From: Rhodobacterales bacterium
GTDB lineage: Bacteria; Pseudomonadota; Alphaproteobacteria; Rhodobacterales; Rhodobacteraceae
Length of the DNA: 64,000 bases
Assembly: GCA_038209775.1 (NCBI GenBank)
Contig: JBBQXK010000008.1
Coordinates: 6,649 to 70,648 of the forward strand
Direction of reading: 5' to 3'
Below, one piece after another: positions 34,358 to 42,557 of this stretch. The stretch's first letter is position 1. Each line of letters opens with the position of its first letter. Both the position numbers and the translations under genes were made by a program. The notes under the pieces were generated by a model. It was given only the letters and a program-made list of their open reading frames with translations. It ran no database searches and was not told the origin of the DNA.

Positions 34358-35284
34358 TCACTGCAACGCGGCTTTGACAACGTCCAGACCGGGTTGGCCG
34401 TCCATCGTGGTAACGCCGTTCAGCCACGCGTCCAGCACCTGCGGATTTTCCTGCAGCATCTTGCGGGCGGCGTCACGGGGATCCATGCCATCATCGATCA
34501 GATAGCTCATGCCCTTGTTTTCATACTCGATGTCAAAGGTCAGGTTGTTCAGCAGCGCGGCCACATTCGGGCATTCCTGCATGTACCCCTTGCGGACCTG
34601 CGTGCTGACCGTTGCCGCACCGAGGTCGGGACCGTACTGACGGTCGCCGCCGGTCAGATACCGGATCGGAAACCGCGTATTCATCGGATGGGGTGCCCAG
34701 GCCTGAAAGACGATGAACTCTTTCCGCTCCACCTTGCGCGCCACTTCGGCCAGCATCCCGCTTTCAGACGATTCCACCACATCCCACCCAACCAGACCAA
34801 AGGCCTTGTCCGCGATCGCGTCGAACATCAACTGGTTGGACCCCGACTCGATCCCATACATCTTGTGGTCGAAATCATCGGCGAATTTTTGCAGATCGGC
34901 AAAATCACGGACGCCCGCGTCATAGACATAGTCCGGCACGCCGAAGGTGTACTTCGCGCCGGCAAGGTTCACCCGCACGCGTTCGACGGAACCATCCGCC
35001 TCATAGGGGGCGGCGTAGGTCTGCATGGCCGGGTCCCAATAGCCCAGGAACAGATCAAGGTCGTTCGAGGCAAGGGACTGATAGATCACGGGAATACCGA
35101 GGATGCTTGACTGTGTCTGATAGCCAAGCGCGTCGAGGATGACCGAGGCGGTTCCTGTGGTCAGCGCAAGGTCGTTCCAGCCGGGTTCTGCCATGCGCAC
35201 CGTCGAACAGGTCTCGGGGTCAGCGGCGGTTGCGGCTGTGGCCATCACGATCAGAAGGGCAGAGGCAGGGATCGACAGGTTCAT
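34358..35284 (-). CDS. choX: Choline/glycine-betaine ABC transporter substrate-binding protein (ProX/ChoX type)
   Basis: Signal peptide followed by W.D......A..IL..LGY......L......Y..L....LD.F.G.W.P. and GIE.GS blocks typical of the OpuAC domain. Divergent from betI. Confidence 0.8.
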   Translation of the reverse strand: MNLSIPASALLIVMATAATAADPETCSTVRMAEPGWNDLALTTGTASVILDALGYQTQSSILGIPVIYQSLASNDLDLFLGYWDPAMQTYAAPYEADGSVERVRVNLAGAKYTFGVPDYVYDAGVRDFADLQKFADDFDHKMYGIESGSNQLMFDAIADKAFGLVGWDVVESSESGMLAEVARKVERKEFIVFQAWAPHPMNTRFPIRYLTGGDRQYGPDLGAATVSTQVRKGYMQECPNVAALLNNLTFDIEYENKGMSYLIDDGMDPRDAARKMLQENPQVLDAWLNGVTTMDGQPGLDVVKAALQ

Positions 35285-35316
35285 CGCGCTCTCCAGTTTG
35301 TTCGGATGGTTCAGGG

Positions 35317-35334
35317 ATTGACCCGTTGGACAAT
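35317..35334. promoter_or_regulatory. Imperfect 18-bp palindrome ATTGACCCGTTGGACAAT in the choX-betI divergent region (possible BetI operator)
   Basis: 12 of 18 positions are symmetric (ATTGxCC....GGxCAAT). An AT-rich stretch lies next to it. Weak evidence only. Confidence 0.25.
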
Positions 35335-35408
35335 ATACATACCAAATAGTCAATACTTGATTTTGCCAGTTGAATGGCCGACCAAGCCCACAGCCATGGA
35401 GGGCCCGC

Positions 35409-35990
35409 ATGCCGCTCAGATCAATCGCGGATATTCGCAGGCAGGAACTGCGCCGGGCGGCGTTTCAGGTTCTGCAACAAGAGGGCGTGGCCGGGACCAC
35501 GCTGGAAAAGGTGGCGGCACAAGCCGGGGCGTCGAAGGGCATCGTGCTGCATTACTTTGGGTCCAAGGCCGAGATGTTCGCCCAGGTCATGCGCGAGGCC
35601 AATCTGGTGCTGCGCGACCGTGTGGTGGCGCGGCTGAAGCGCGCGACGGGGCCGCGGGAGAGGCTGGTTGCGGTGATCGAGGGGAACTTCGAACCCGATC
35701 TGTTCACGCCGCCGGTCTGCCACGCCTGGCTGTCGCTTTGCGCCGAAGTGCCGCGCGACGCGGCCCTTGCCCGTATCCAGCGGGTGATCCATGCCCGGAT
35801 GCAATCCAATCTGGTGCATGCCCTGCGCGGCCTGATGCCCGACGGTGAGGCCAAAGCGACCGCCCTGGTGCTGAGCGCGCTGATTGACGGGTTGTGGCTG
35901 CGGCTGGGGCTGAACCCGACGGCGCTGACGTCGGAAAGGGCGGTTGCACTGACCATGGAGGTCCTGACCGCGCGGCTTGCAAGACCCTGA
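35409..35990 (+). CDS. betI: TetR-family regulator, BetI-like
   Basis: RR.EL..AA..V...EG...TTL..VA..AG.SKGIVLHYF.SK and W.......P......R. blocks typical of BetI. Adjacent to the choline-binding protein gene. Confidence 0.75.
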   Translation: MPLRSIADIRRQELRRAAFQVLQQEGVAGTTLEKVAAQAGASKGIVLHYFGSKAEMFAQVMREANLVLRDRVVARLKRATGPRERLVAVIEGNFEPDLFTPPVCHAWLSLCAEVPRDAALARIQRVIHARMQSNLVHALRGLMPDGEAKATALVLSALIDGLWLRLGLNPTALTSERAVALTMEVLTARLARP

Positions 35991-36134
35991 GCGACGCGGC
36001 CCCGCATCAATGATCCGCCTGCATGCAAAGCGCGTATGCCGGGGGGGTGTGCCCTGCGCCTCAACCATCGGGCCACATGGGTCGACCAGTCCCGCCTCCA
36101 TTCTGGTAGACTACCCAAATAGCGCGGCCTTGCT

Positions 36135-37889
36135 ATGAAAAGGCACCGGGCTTATCCAACTTGGATGACCGACCCCCGCACCCACCGCCGCCTTGCCGCG
36201 ATACTGGCCGCCGATGTGGTGGGCTATTCCCGCCTGATGGGCGTGGATGAGGCGGGAACGCTGGCCGCCCTGCGCACCCGCTGGCGCGACGTGCTGACGC
36301 CCGGGGTGGCCGCGCACAAGGGCCGGGTGGTCAAGGTGATGGGCGACGGCGTGCTGGTCGAGTTTGGCAGCGCCGTCGATGCCGTGGAATGTGCAATGGC
36401 GGTGCAGGCGGGGTTTGCCAGTGCCAATGAAGGGAAGCCAGCGGACCGCCAGATCACGCTGCGCATCGGCATCAATCTGGGCGATGTGATTGTGGAGGGG
36501 TCTGACCTCTATGGCGACGGCGTCAACATCGCGGCGCGGCTGGAGGCGCTGGCGGAGCCGGGGGGCATCTGCATTTCGGCCTCGGTCCACGATCAGGTGC
36601 GCGGCAAGGTTTCCGCCGGATTTGATGCGCTGGGTCCGCAGGCGCTGAAGAACATCGCCGAACCCGTGCCGGTATTCCGCGTCAAGGCTGTGGCCACCGA
36701 GGCACCCCCGCTGGCACTGCCCGAAAAACCCTCGATCGCCGTGCTGCCCTTTACCAGCATGTCCGCTGACCCCGAGCATGAACACTTCGTCGACGGGCTG
36801 ACCGAAGACCTGATCACCGACCTGTCGCGCAACGCCGACCTGTTCGTGATCGCCCGCAACTCGACTTTTGCCTACAAGGGCCGGTCGGTGGACGCACGCC
36901 AGGTCGCCCGCGAGTTGGGGGTGCGCTATCTGCTTGAAGGCTCGGCCCGCCGGTCGGGCGCGCGGGTCAGGATCAACGTGCAACTGATCGACTCTGTCGG
37001 TGGCGGGCATCTGTGGGCCGAACGGTTTGACAGCGAGATGCAGGACATCTTCGACTTGCAGGACGCGGTGACGGCGCGGATTGTCAGCGAGTTGTCGGGG
37101 CGGCTGGTGGCGGTGCCGGTCCGGCGTCGGACCACCAGCATCGACGCCTATGATCATTGCGTGCGGGGCAGGGCATTGATCACCAATGGCGGGGGCAAAC
37201 CTGTGGTGCTTCTGGCGGCGGTCGCCAGAATGGAAAGCGCGCTGGCGCTGGACCCGCTCTATGCCGAACCGCATCGCTGGATCGCCTTCAGCCGGTTGTT
37301 GTGCTGGGTGCACAACATGGAAACCGAGGGGCCGCACCGCGCGCTGGCCGTCGAACACGCCCGAACCGCCGTGCGGCTGGACCCGCAGGATGCCGCAAAC
37401 CAATGGGTGATGGCCTGGGTTCTGTCCTACGAACATCTGATCCCCGAGACCGAGCAGGCGTTCGCCAAGGCACTGGCGCTGGACCCCAGCAATGCGGACG
37501 CCTGGGCCACCTTTGCCGACATCAGCGCGGTGCTGGGCAAAACCGGGCTAGCGCTGGACGCCATTCGCCGCGCGATGCGGCTGGAACCCCACACGCCGTT
37601 CTTCTACTACTGGTTCGAGGGGTTCATCCTGTATTGCGACCGGCAATACGAGGCCGCCGCAAGAACCGTGCAACGGTCCGAGGTCTTTGGCACCGCGTCG
37701 CATCGCATTCTGGCAGCAGCATTGGCGCAATTGGGGCGGATCGACGACGCAAAGCGCGCCGGGGCGCTGTACTGCGCCAGTACGCCGGGGTTCCGGATCA
37801 GTCGCTGGGTTGCGTTGCATTCCTATGGCGATGCGGCGACGATTGAACATTATGCCGAAGGGTGCCGGATGGCTGGGCTGCCGGAGTGA
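36135..37889 (+). CDS. Class III adenylate/guanylate cyclase with TolB-N-like and TPR domains
   Basis: LAAILAADVVGYSRLM...KVMGDGVLVEFGS....RIGIN.GDV......YGDGVNIAARLE cyclase homology domain, then PSIAVLPF...D.....F.DGL.EDLIT.LS, then TPR-like helical repeats. Confidence 0.85.
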   Translation: MKRHRAYPTWMTDPRTHRRLAAILAADVVGYSRLMGVDEAGTLAALRTRWRDVLTPGVAAHKGRVVKVMGDGVLVEFGSAVDAVECAMAVQAGFASANEGKPADRQITLRIGINLGDVIVEGSDLYGDGVNIAARLEALAEPGGICISASVHDQVRGKVSAGFDALGPQALKNIAEPVPVFRVKAVATEAPPLALPEKPSIAVLPFTSMSADPEHEHFVDGLTEDLITDLSRNADLFVIARNSTFAYKGRSVDARQVARELGVRYLLEGSARRSGARVRINVQLIDSVGGGHLWAERFDSEMQDIFDLQDAVTARIVSELSGRLVAVPVRRRTTSIDAYDHCVRGRALITNGGGKPVVLLAAVARMESALALDPLYAEPHRWIAFSRLLCWVHNMETEGPHRALAVEHARTAVRLDPQDAANQWVMAWVLSYEHLIPETEQAFAKALALDPSNADAWATFADISAVLGKTGLALDAIRRAMRLEPHTPFFYYWFEGFILYCDRQYEAAARTVQRSEVFGTASHRILAAALAQLGRIDDAKRAGALYCASTPGFRISRWVALHSYGDAATIEHYAEGCRMAGLPE

Positions 37890-37890
37890 C

Positions 37891-37950
37891 CGGGGTCATG
37901 GATTTTCGGGGGTCACGGATTTGCGGGGGTCACGGATTTTCCGGGGTATG
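37891..37950. repeat. 17-nt tandem repeat (GGGGTCA[T/C]GGATTT[T/G]C) x3 plus a partial fourth copy
   Basis: Read directly. Copies are phased at 37893, 37910 and 37927, with a partial copy at 37944. The array begins just after the cyclase stop codon (37887..37889). Confidence 0.6.
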
Positions 37951-38117
37951 CGCAGATATGCACGATGGCCCGCAGCCCGACCTTCGGTGAGGGATCAGAT
38001 GCGCAGGTCAGCCCTGCCTGACCAGTCAGGACTTTCCGCCCAAAGTCCGCTTGACGCCGCCGCGCCGCTTCCGTAATACCCCCCCACGCCCGGGGTGACC
38101 CGGGGGGGAATGATCGC

Positions 38118-38194
38118 GCGGTGGTAGCTCAGTTGGTTAGAGTACCGGCCTGTCACGCCGGGGGTCGCGGGTTCGAGCCCCGTCCACCGCGCCA
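38118..38194 (+). tRNA. tRNA-Asp (anticodon GTC)
   Basis: Acceptor GCGGTGG/CCACCGC, D arm GCTC-AGTTGGTTA-GAGT, anticodon loop CT-GTC-AC, T arm GCGGG-TTCGAGC-CCCGT, and an encoded CCA. Confidence 0.95.
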
Positions 38195-38217
38195 CTTTCC
38201 CCGTTGAATTGCCAGCC

Positions 38218-38832
38218 TCAGCGCAGCAGCCAGACCTTGTCCTGATCGTCCGGCGGGCCTTCGGTTGCGATCAGCGTGACCCTGTGCTGCGGGCCGTACA
38301 GCCGGGCAATCTCGTCCGCGTAGACCGGGAACGGCGGGCCGTCATCGGGCGCGCGGCCATCCTCGAACGACAGCAGCAACTGCGGTGCACTGCCGGTGAT
38401 CGACGTCATGTGGGCGGCATAGCGTGACCGCATCGCCGGCGGCAGGGCGATCAGGGCGGCGCGGTCATAGACGGCATCGACGGCACCCAGTGCCATCGCA
38501 GTCAGATCGAAGATGTCGCCCTGATGCACCACCAGCCCCGGCGCGCTCAGCCGGGTCAGCGGCCCCTGCACTTCAACCAGCGGCGTCAGCCCTAGGTCCG
38601 CGAACAGGCCCGCCACCGCCAGCGGGCTGATCTCTGCCGCCACCACCTGGCACCCCTGATCCCGCAACCACCCGATATCACGCGTCTTGCCGCACAAGGG
38701 CACGAACACCCGCGCGCCCGGCGGCAGCGCCAGCGCCGCGAAGTGCCGGACCAGCAGCGGATGCGCCACCGCCCCGTGAAACGGGATGCGTCCGCGTTCC
38801 CAGATGCCCAGCCAGAAGTCGCGGTCCATCAC
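38218..38832 (-). CDS. tpm: Thiopurine S-methyltransferase-family (TPMT) SAM-dependent methyltransferase
   Basis: FW...W..G...FH.......L......L......RVFVPLCGK..D..WL...G..V.. pattern of the TPMT family. Confidence 0.85.
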   Translation of the reverse strand: MMDRDFWLGIWERGRIPFHGAVAHPLLVRHFAALALPPGARVFVPLCGKTRDIGWLRDQGCQVVAAEISPLAVAGLFADLGLTPLVEVQGPLTRLSAPGLVVHQGDIFDLTAMALGAVDAVYDRAALIALPPAMRSRYAAHMTSITGSAPQLLLSFEDGRAPDDGPPFPVYADEIARLYGPQHRVTLIATEGPPDDQDKVWLLR

Positions 38833-39275
38833 CCCTCCTGCAGAATGATCCGATAGCGGATATGTCCGTCATGGGGGGCATAGCTGTCGTACAAAGCCCG
38901 CGCCCGCGCGTTGCCCTCATCGGTATGCCAGTACAACCGCGACCAGCCCTGCGCGCGCGCCAGCGCCAGCAGATCGTCGATCAACGCCCGCCCCAGCCCC
39001 ATGCCCCGGGCGGCATCCGACACGAACAGATCCTCCAGAAACCCGTCCGCCCCCAGCCCCCAGGTGGACAGATGCCAGTGGTGCAGGGCAAAGCCCATGA
39101 CGCGGCCCCCGGCCTCGGCCACCCGCCCGGTCAGCGGCGACAAAGGGTCCATCGCCCGGTCCCAGGTGCGGTCGGTGACGGCGGCGGGCAGGGTGACGGC
39201 GTAGAAAGCCAGGTACTGCGCCCAGAGGTCGCGCCAGACGGGCTCATCGGCGGGGAGGAGAGGGCGGATTTGCAT
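38829..39275 (-). CDS. GNAT-family N-acetyltransferase
   Basis: 148 aa. Acetyl-CoA pocket motif RG.GLGRALI. 4-nt overlap with the downstream TPMT gene. Confidence 0.85.
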   Translation of the reverse strand: MQIRPLLPADEPVWRDLWAQYLAFYAVTLPAAVTDRTWDRAMDPLSPLTGRVAEAGGRVMGFALHHWHLSTWGLGADGFLEDLFVSDAARGMGLGRALIDDLLALARAQGWSRLYWHTDEGNARARALYDSYAPHDGHIRYRIILQEG

Positions 39276-39292
39276 GGGGGTGGCGGCACTTT

Positions 39293-40960
39293 CTATAGTG
39301 GGTTCCCCTTGCCTGCGGCGTCACGCGCCAGGTGCGCATCGTCCAATACTGCCTTGAGGCGGGCGCGTTCGTCGGGCGCAAGTCCTTCAAGGAAGTCCCG
39401 AATTGCGTCACCTGCGGCGTCGAGAAAATCGCCAGCCTTCTCACCCAGTTCATAGCGATCACTCAATTCGGGAACAACATCGGAGGCGACAAGGGCCAAC
39501 GTGCCAAATGCAGCCGCTGTCGCCCAGCCTGCAACCGAAACCATGTTGATCAGGCCCTTGACCGTCACCGTGGCGCTTTTCTCGGCCTGTTTGCCCGTGC
39601 CCTCCGCGACGCCCTGAACATGCTGCATCAGCGCCACGCTTTTCGGTTCGACGAATTCTGTCCGCAACGCGGTTTCCAGCAGGGCAAAGATCGTCTCGCG
39701 CGTTACCTTGCGGCGCGAAAAGGTTGCGTGTTCGTCGTCCAGCTCCCGCGCCTCGGGGAAGGACCGTACGAGGCCCGATGCGACACCCAGCAACGTGTCC
39801 AGCGCCGCCCGGGCCTCGGACGGCAGCAGGTCCAGTGGGTCACGCCTGTCGCGCGCGCCGGTGTCGTTGGACTCCAACAGCGCGCCAAGAGCGACCAGAC
39901 TGGCCCACAGTTCCAGCGACCGCAGTGCGAGCGGGCGGCTGGTGTCGGCAAGGATGCCCTGGAACCGCAGCGCTTCTTCATGCACCTCTTGCCGCAGGCC
40001 GCCTGCGTTGATCCGGGGGCCAAGGCTTGCCAGCAGCTTGGCCGCCCGTTCGCCCGCCATGCGCGCCAGCAGGTCCTGCCGCGCCTCGGTCGGTGGGTTG
40101 CGCACGAACAACTCCATCGCCCCATGCGTGGGCGAGAACCGCCACCCCGCCAAATCCTGCGCCTCGATCAAGGCCGTCACCGTCAGGGGTGGTTCGTCTG
40201 GGAGATCGGGGTCCGATTCTGCCTTGGGCGCCAGCCACGGCAAGGGCGTGGGCCAAGGGGGAAGGGAGTTCAGATAGTCGAGGATCTGGTTGGTGCGCTC
40301 GGCGTTGTTCTCGATTGCGGACAGCCGGGCAAGTTCGGGGTCGTGCCGGGTGGCGGGGGTGTCTTGGAAGGACAGGCCCGAAAACGGGCCATCTTTTGCC
40401 TCCTCCTTCCGCACCATTCCCGCAATGGGACGCAGATCGGCCACGGCGGTTTGGTTGAGCAAAAGAAACTCCAGCCCGGTCAGACCCTGCAGGGGGCCGA
40501 GGTCGGCCACGGCGGTCTGGTCGAGCGAGAGCACCTGCAGTCCGGTCAGGCCCTGCAGGGGGCCGAGGTCGGCCACTGCGGTCTGGCTGAGCGTGAGCAT
40601 CTGCAGCCCGGTCAGGCCCTGCAGGGGGCCGAGGTCGGTCACGGCGGTCTGGTTGAGCACGAGCATCTGCAGCCCGGTCAGGCCCTGCAGGGGGCCGAGG
40701 TCGGACACGGCGGTCTGGTCGAGCCAGAGCGTCTGCAACCCGGTCAGGCCCTGCAGGGGGGCGAGGTCGGCCACCTGCGTGTTGTCCAGATCGAGCAACA
40801 GCAGCCCCTCGATCCCCCGCACCTCTTCGGGAATGCGGGTCAGGGCGCGGAACGGCTTGGCGTCGAAACTCAGGCGCGTTTCCCCCGCCTTGCGGACACG
40901 TTCGATCTCGGCCAATGCCGCCTCATAGGCGCGATCTTCGGGGGTGGCTTGATCGGTCAT
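39293..40960 (-). CDS. Leucine-rich-repeat protein (six 22-aa LRRs) with an unassigned helical C-terminal region and one hydrophobic segment
   Basis: The translation shows L.GL.GLQ.L.L.QTAV.DLGP repeated with a 22-aa period (residues about 55-195). The remaining ~360 aa are not assignable. The hydrophobic stretch VSVAGWATAAAFGTLALVASDVV lies near the C-terminus. No N-terminal signal peptide. Confidence 0.85.
   Translation of the reverse strand: MTDQATPEDRAYEAALAEIERVRKAGETRLSFDAKPFRALTRIPEEVRGIEGLLLLDLDNTQVADLAPLQGLTGLQTLWLDQTAVSDLGPLQGLTGLQMLVLNQTAVTDLGPLQGLTGLQMLTLSQTAVADLGPLQGLTGLQVLSLDQTAVADLGPLQGLTGLEFLLLNQTAVADLRPIAGMVRKEEAKDGPFSGLSFQDTPATRHDPELARLSAIENNAERTNQILDYLNSLPPWPTPLPWLAPKAESDPDLPDEPPLTVTALIEAQDLAGWRFSPTHGAMELFVRNPPTEARQDLLARMAGERAAKLLASLGPRINAGGLRQEVHEEALRFQGILADTSRPLALRSLELWASLVALGALLESNDTGARDRRDPLDLLPSEARAALDTLLGVASGLVRSFPEARELDDEHATFSRRKVTRETIFALLETALRTEFVEPKSVALMQHVQGVAEGTGKQAEKSATVTVKGLINMVSVAGWATAAAFGTLALVASDVVPELSDRYELGEKAGDFLDAAGDAIRDFLEGLAPDERARLKAVLDDAHLARDAAGKGNPL
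40437..40832 (-). repeat. 66-bp in-frame tandem repeat array encoding the LRR units (five near-identical copies plus one diverged)
   Basis: Exact 66-nt phasing of TCGG(C/T/A)CAC at 40437, 40503, 40569, 40635, 40701 and 40767. The block CCCGGTCAGGCCCTGCAGGGGGCCGAGGTCG is almost invariant between copies. Confidence 0.9.
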
Positions 40961-41074
40961 CCTGCGGGCTTACCCTCTCAACTCATGCGTGGTTTTCAGA
41001 TGCAGATGGGCCGCTTCGCCTTGCGGCGCAAGCACGGGGGGAAATCGGGCCGGAATTCCCCCCTTTGGCCCCGC

Positions 41075-42454
41075 TTACCGCACCAGCCTGTCCAGCACCC
41101 TTGCCCAACTGCGGATGCCCTTGTGGAAGCTTTCCACGTCGTATTTCTCATTCGGGCTGTGGATCTGGTCGTCGTCGCGCGCAAAGCCGATCAGCATGGC
41201 GTCCATGCCGAGATAATCCTTGAAATACCGCGCGATGGGGATCGACCCGCCGGCGCCGACATAGACCGCCGGTTGGCCCCATTCGTCGGTCAGGGCGTGG
41301 CGGGCGGCGTCGAAGGACGGGTTGTCGACCGACATCACACCTGCGGGGCTGTTGCCGTGGCCCTTCCAGGTGACGGTGCAATCGGCGGGCAGTTGCGCCT
41401 GTACCCAAGACCGGAAGGCGTCGCGGATCTTGTCGGGGTCCTGGCGGGACACCAGACGGAAGCTGACCTTGGCATGGGCCTCGGACGGCAGCACCGTCTT
41501 GAACCCGTCGCCGGTATAGCCGCCCCAGATGCCGTTCACCTCGGCAGTCGGGCGCGACCACAGCATCTCCAACGGTGTGCGGTCGTGTTCGCCTGCAGGG
41601 ACCGACAGGCCGACGTCGCCAAGGTACTTGGCGTGGTCGAACGACAGGCCCTGCCACTGGGCGCGGATCGCCTCGGGCAGTTCGTCCACGTCGTCATAGA
41701 AGCCCGGCACCTGAATGCGGCCCTGCGCGTCGTGCAGACCGGCCAGCACCCGCGACAGCACCCGGATCGGGTTGATCGCGGCGCCGCCGTACTGGCCCGA
41801 GTGCAGGTCCTTGTTGGCGCCGGTGATCGTCAGCTCTTCCCCCAAGAGGCCGCGCAGCATGGTGGTGATGGCGGGGATGTGATCCTCATGCAGACCCGTG
41901 TCGCAGATCATCGCGATGTCAGAGCGCAGTTCGGCGGCGTTGTCCTGCATGAAGGGGATGAGGGAGGGCGAGCCGGATTCCTCTTCCCCCTCCAGAAACA
42001 CGGTGATGCGGCAGGGCAGGGTGCCGTGTTCGGCCTTCCATGCGCGGAACGCCTCGACAAAGGTCATCAGCTGACCCTTGTCGTCAGAGGTGCCACGACC
42101 ACGCAGGACGCGGCCCTTGGGTGTATCCTCGATGGCCGGATCGAACGGGTCGCGGTGCCACAGCGACAGGGGATCGACGGGCTGCACATCGTAGTGGCCG
42201 TAGAACAAGAGGTGCGGGCCAGAGGTGCCGGCATGCGCCACCACCATCGGATGGCCGGGGGTGGGGCGCTTGGAGGCGTCAAAGCCGATCGAGGTGAGGT
42301 CGGCCACCAGCCAGTCTGCGGCGCGGTCGCAATCGGCCTTGAAGGCGGGGTCGGTCGAGATCGAGGGGATGCGCAGGAGGTCAATCAGCCGGTCGAGTGC
42401 GCCGGGAAGATCGGCGTCGATACGGGCCAGCACGGGTTCAAGGGTCATCATCAT
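41075..42454 (-). CDS. M20-family metallopeptidase (ArgE/DapE/ACY1/CPG2 type)
   Basis: LI.IPSIS.DP, LLFYGHYDVQP, GRGTSDDKG, EGEEE.GS blocks. Three consecutive ATGs at 42454..42446 follow AGGAG. The ORF track extends to 42676. Confidence 0.88.
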   Translation of the reverse strand: MMMTLEPVLARIDADLPGALDRLIDLLRIPSISTDPAFKADCDRAADWLVADLTSIGFDASKRPTPGHPMVVAHAGTSGPHLLFYGHYDVQPVDPLSLWHRDPFDPAIEDTPKGRVLRGRGTSDDKGQLMTFVEAFRAWKAEHGTLPCRITVFLEGEEESGSPSLIPFMQDNAAELRSDIAMICDTGLHEDHIPAITTMLRGLLGEELTITGANKDLHSGQYGGAAINPIRVLSRVLAGLHDAQGRIQVPGFYDDVDELPEAIRAQWQGLSFDHAKYLGDVGLSVPAGEHDRTPLEMLWSRPTAEVNGIWGGYTGDGFKTVLPSEAHAKVSFRLVSRQDPDKIRDAFRSWVQAQLPADCTVTWKGHGNSPAGVMSVDNPSFDAARHALTDEWGQPAVYVGAGGSIPIARYFKDYLGMDAMLIGFARDDDQIHSPNEKYDVESFHKGIRSWARVLDRLVR

Positions 42455-42557
42455 CTCCTGATCTGTTGATCGCTGGCGGGACCCTAGCAGCGATCCGGCC
42501 CCTGTCCAGAGCGTGCGCCTTGCGCTAATAGTGGCACCAGGCGGCGGGAGTGGTGCG

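Noticed and set aside
37995-38195. 66-aa minus-strand ORF beginning MARWTGLEPATPGVTGRYSNQLSYHRA
   Set aside because: It is the antisense translation of tRNA-Asp, a classic tRNA-shadow ORF. The plus-strand ORF 26702..27196 likewise starts inside tRNA-Val.
40437-40832. Regularly spaced 66-bp repeats that could be mistaken for a CRISPR array
   Set aside because: The repeats are directly adjacent with no unique spacers. They are in frame within a long ORF and encode canonical 22-aa leucine-rich repeats. No cas genes are present.
41036-41066. G/C hairpin GGGGGGAAAT-N-AATTCCCCCC between the M20 peptidase stop and the LRR gene start
   Set aside because: It could be a terminator for the peptidase gene, but there is no U-tract on the relevant (minus) strand and only TTT on the plus strand, where no gene ends. 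That is not enough to annotate it.
39332-42469. 1,045-aa plus-strand ORF, the longest non-annotated ORF in the track
   Set aside because: It runs antisense to two well-supported minus-strand genes (the LRR protein and the M20 peptidase). Its translation is Arg/Gly/His/Pro/Gln-rich low-complexity sequence with no motifs. This is the typical stop-codon-poor antisense frame of a high-GC genome.
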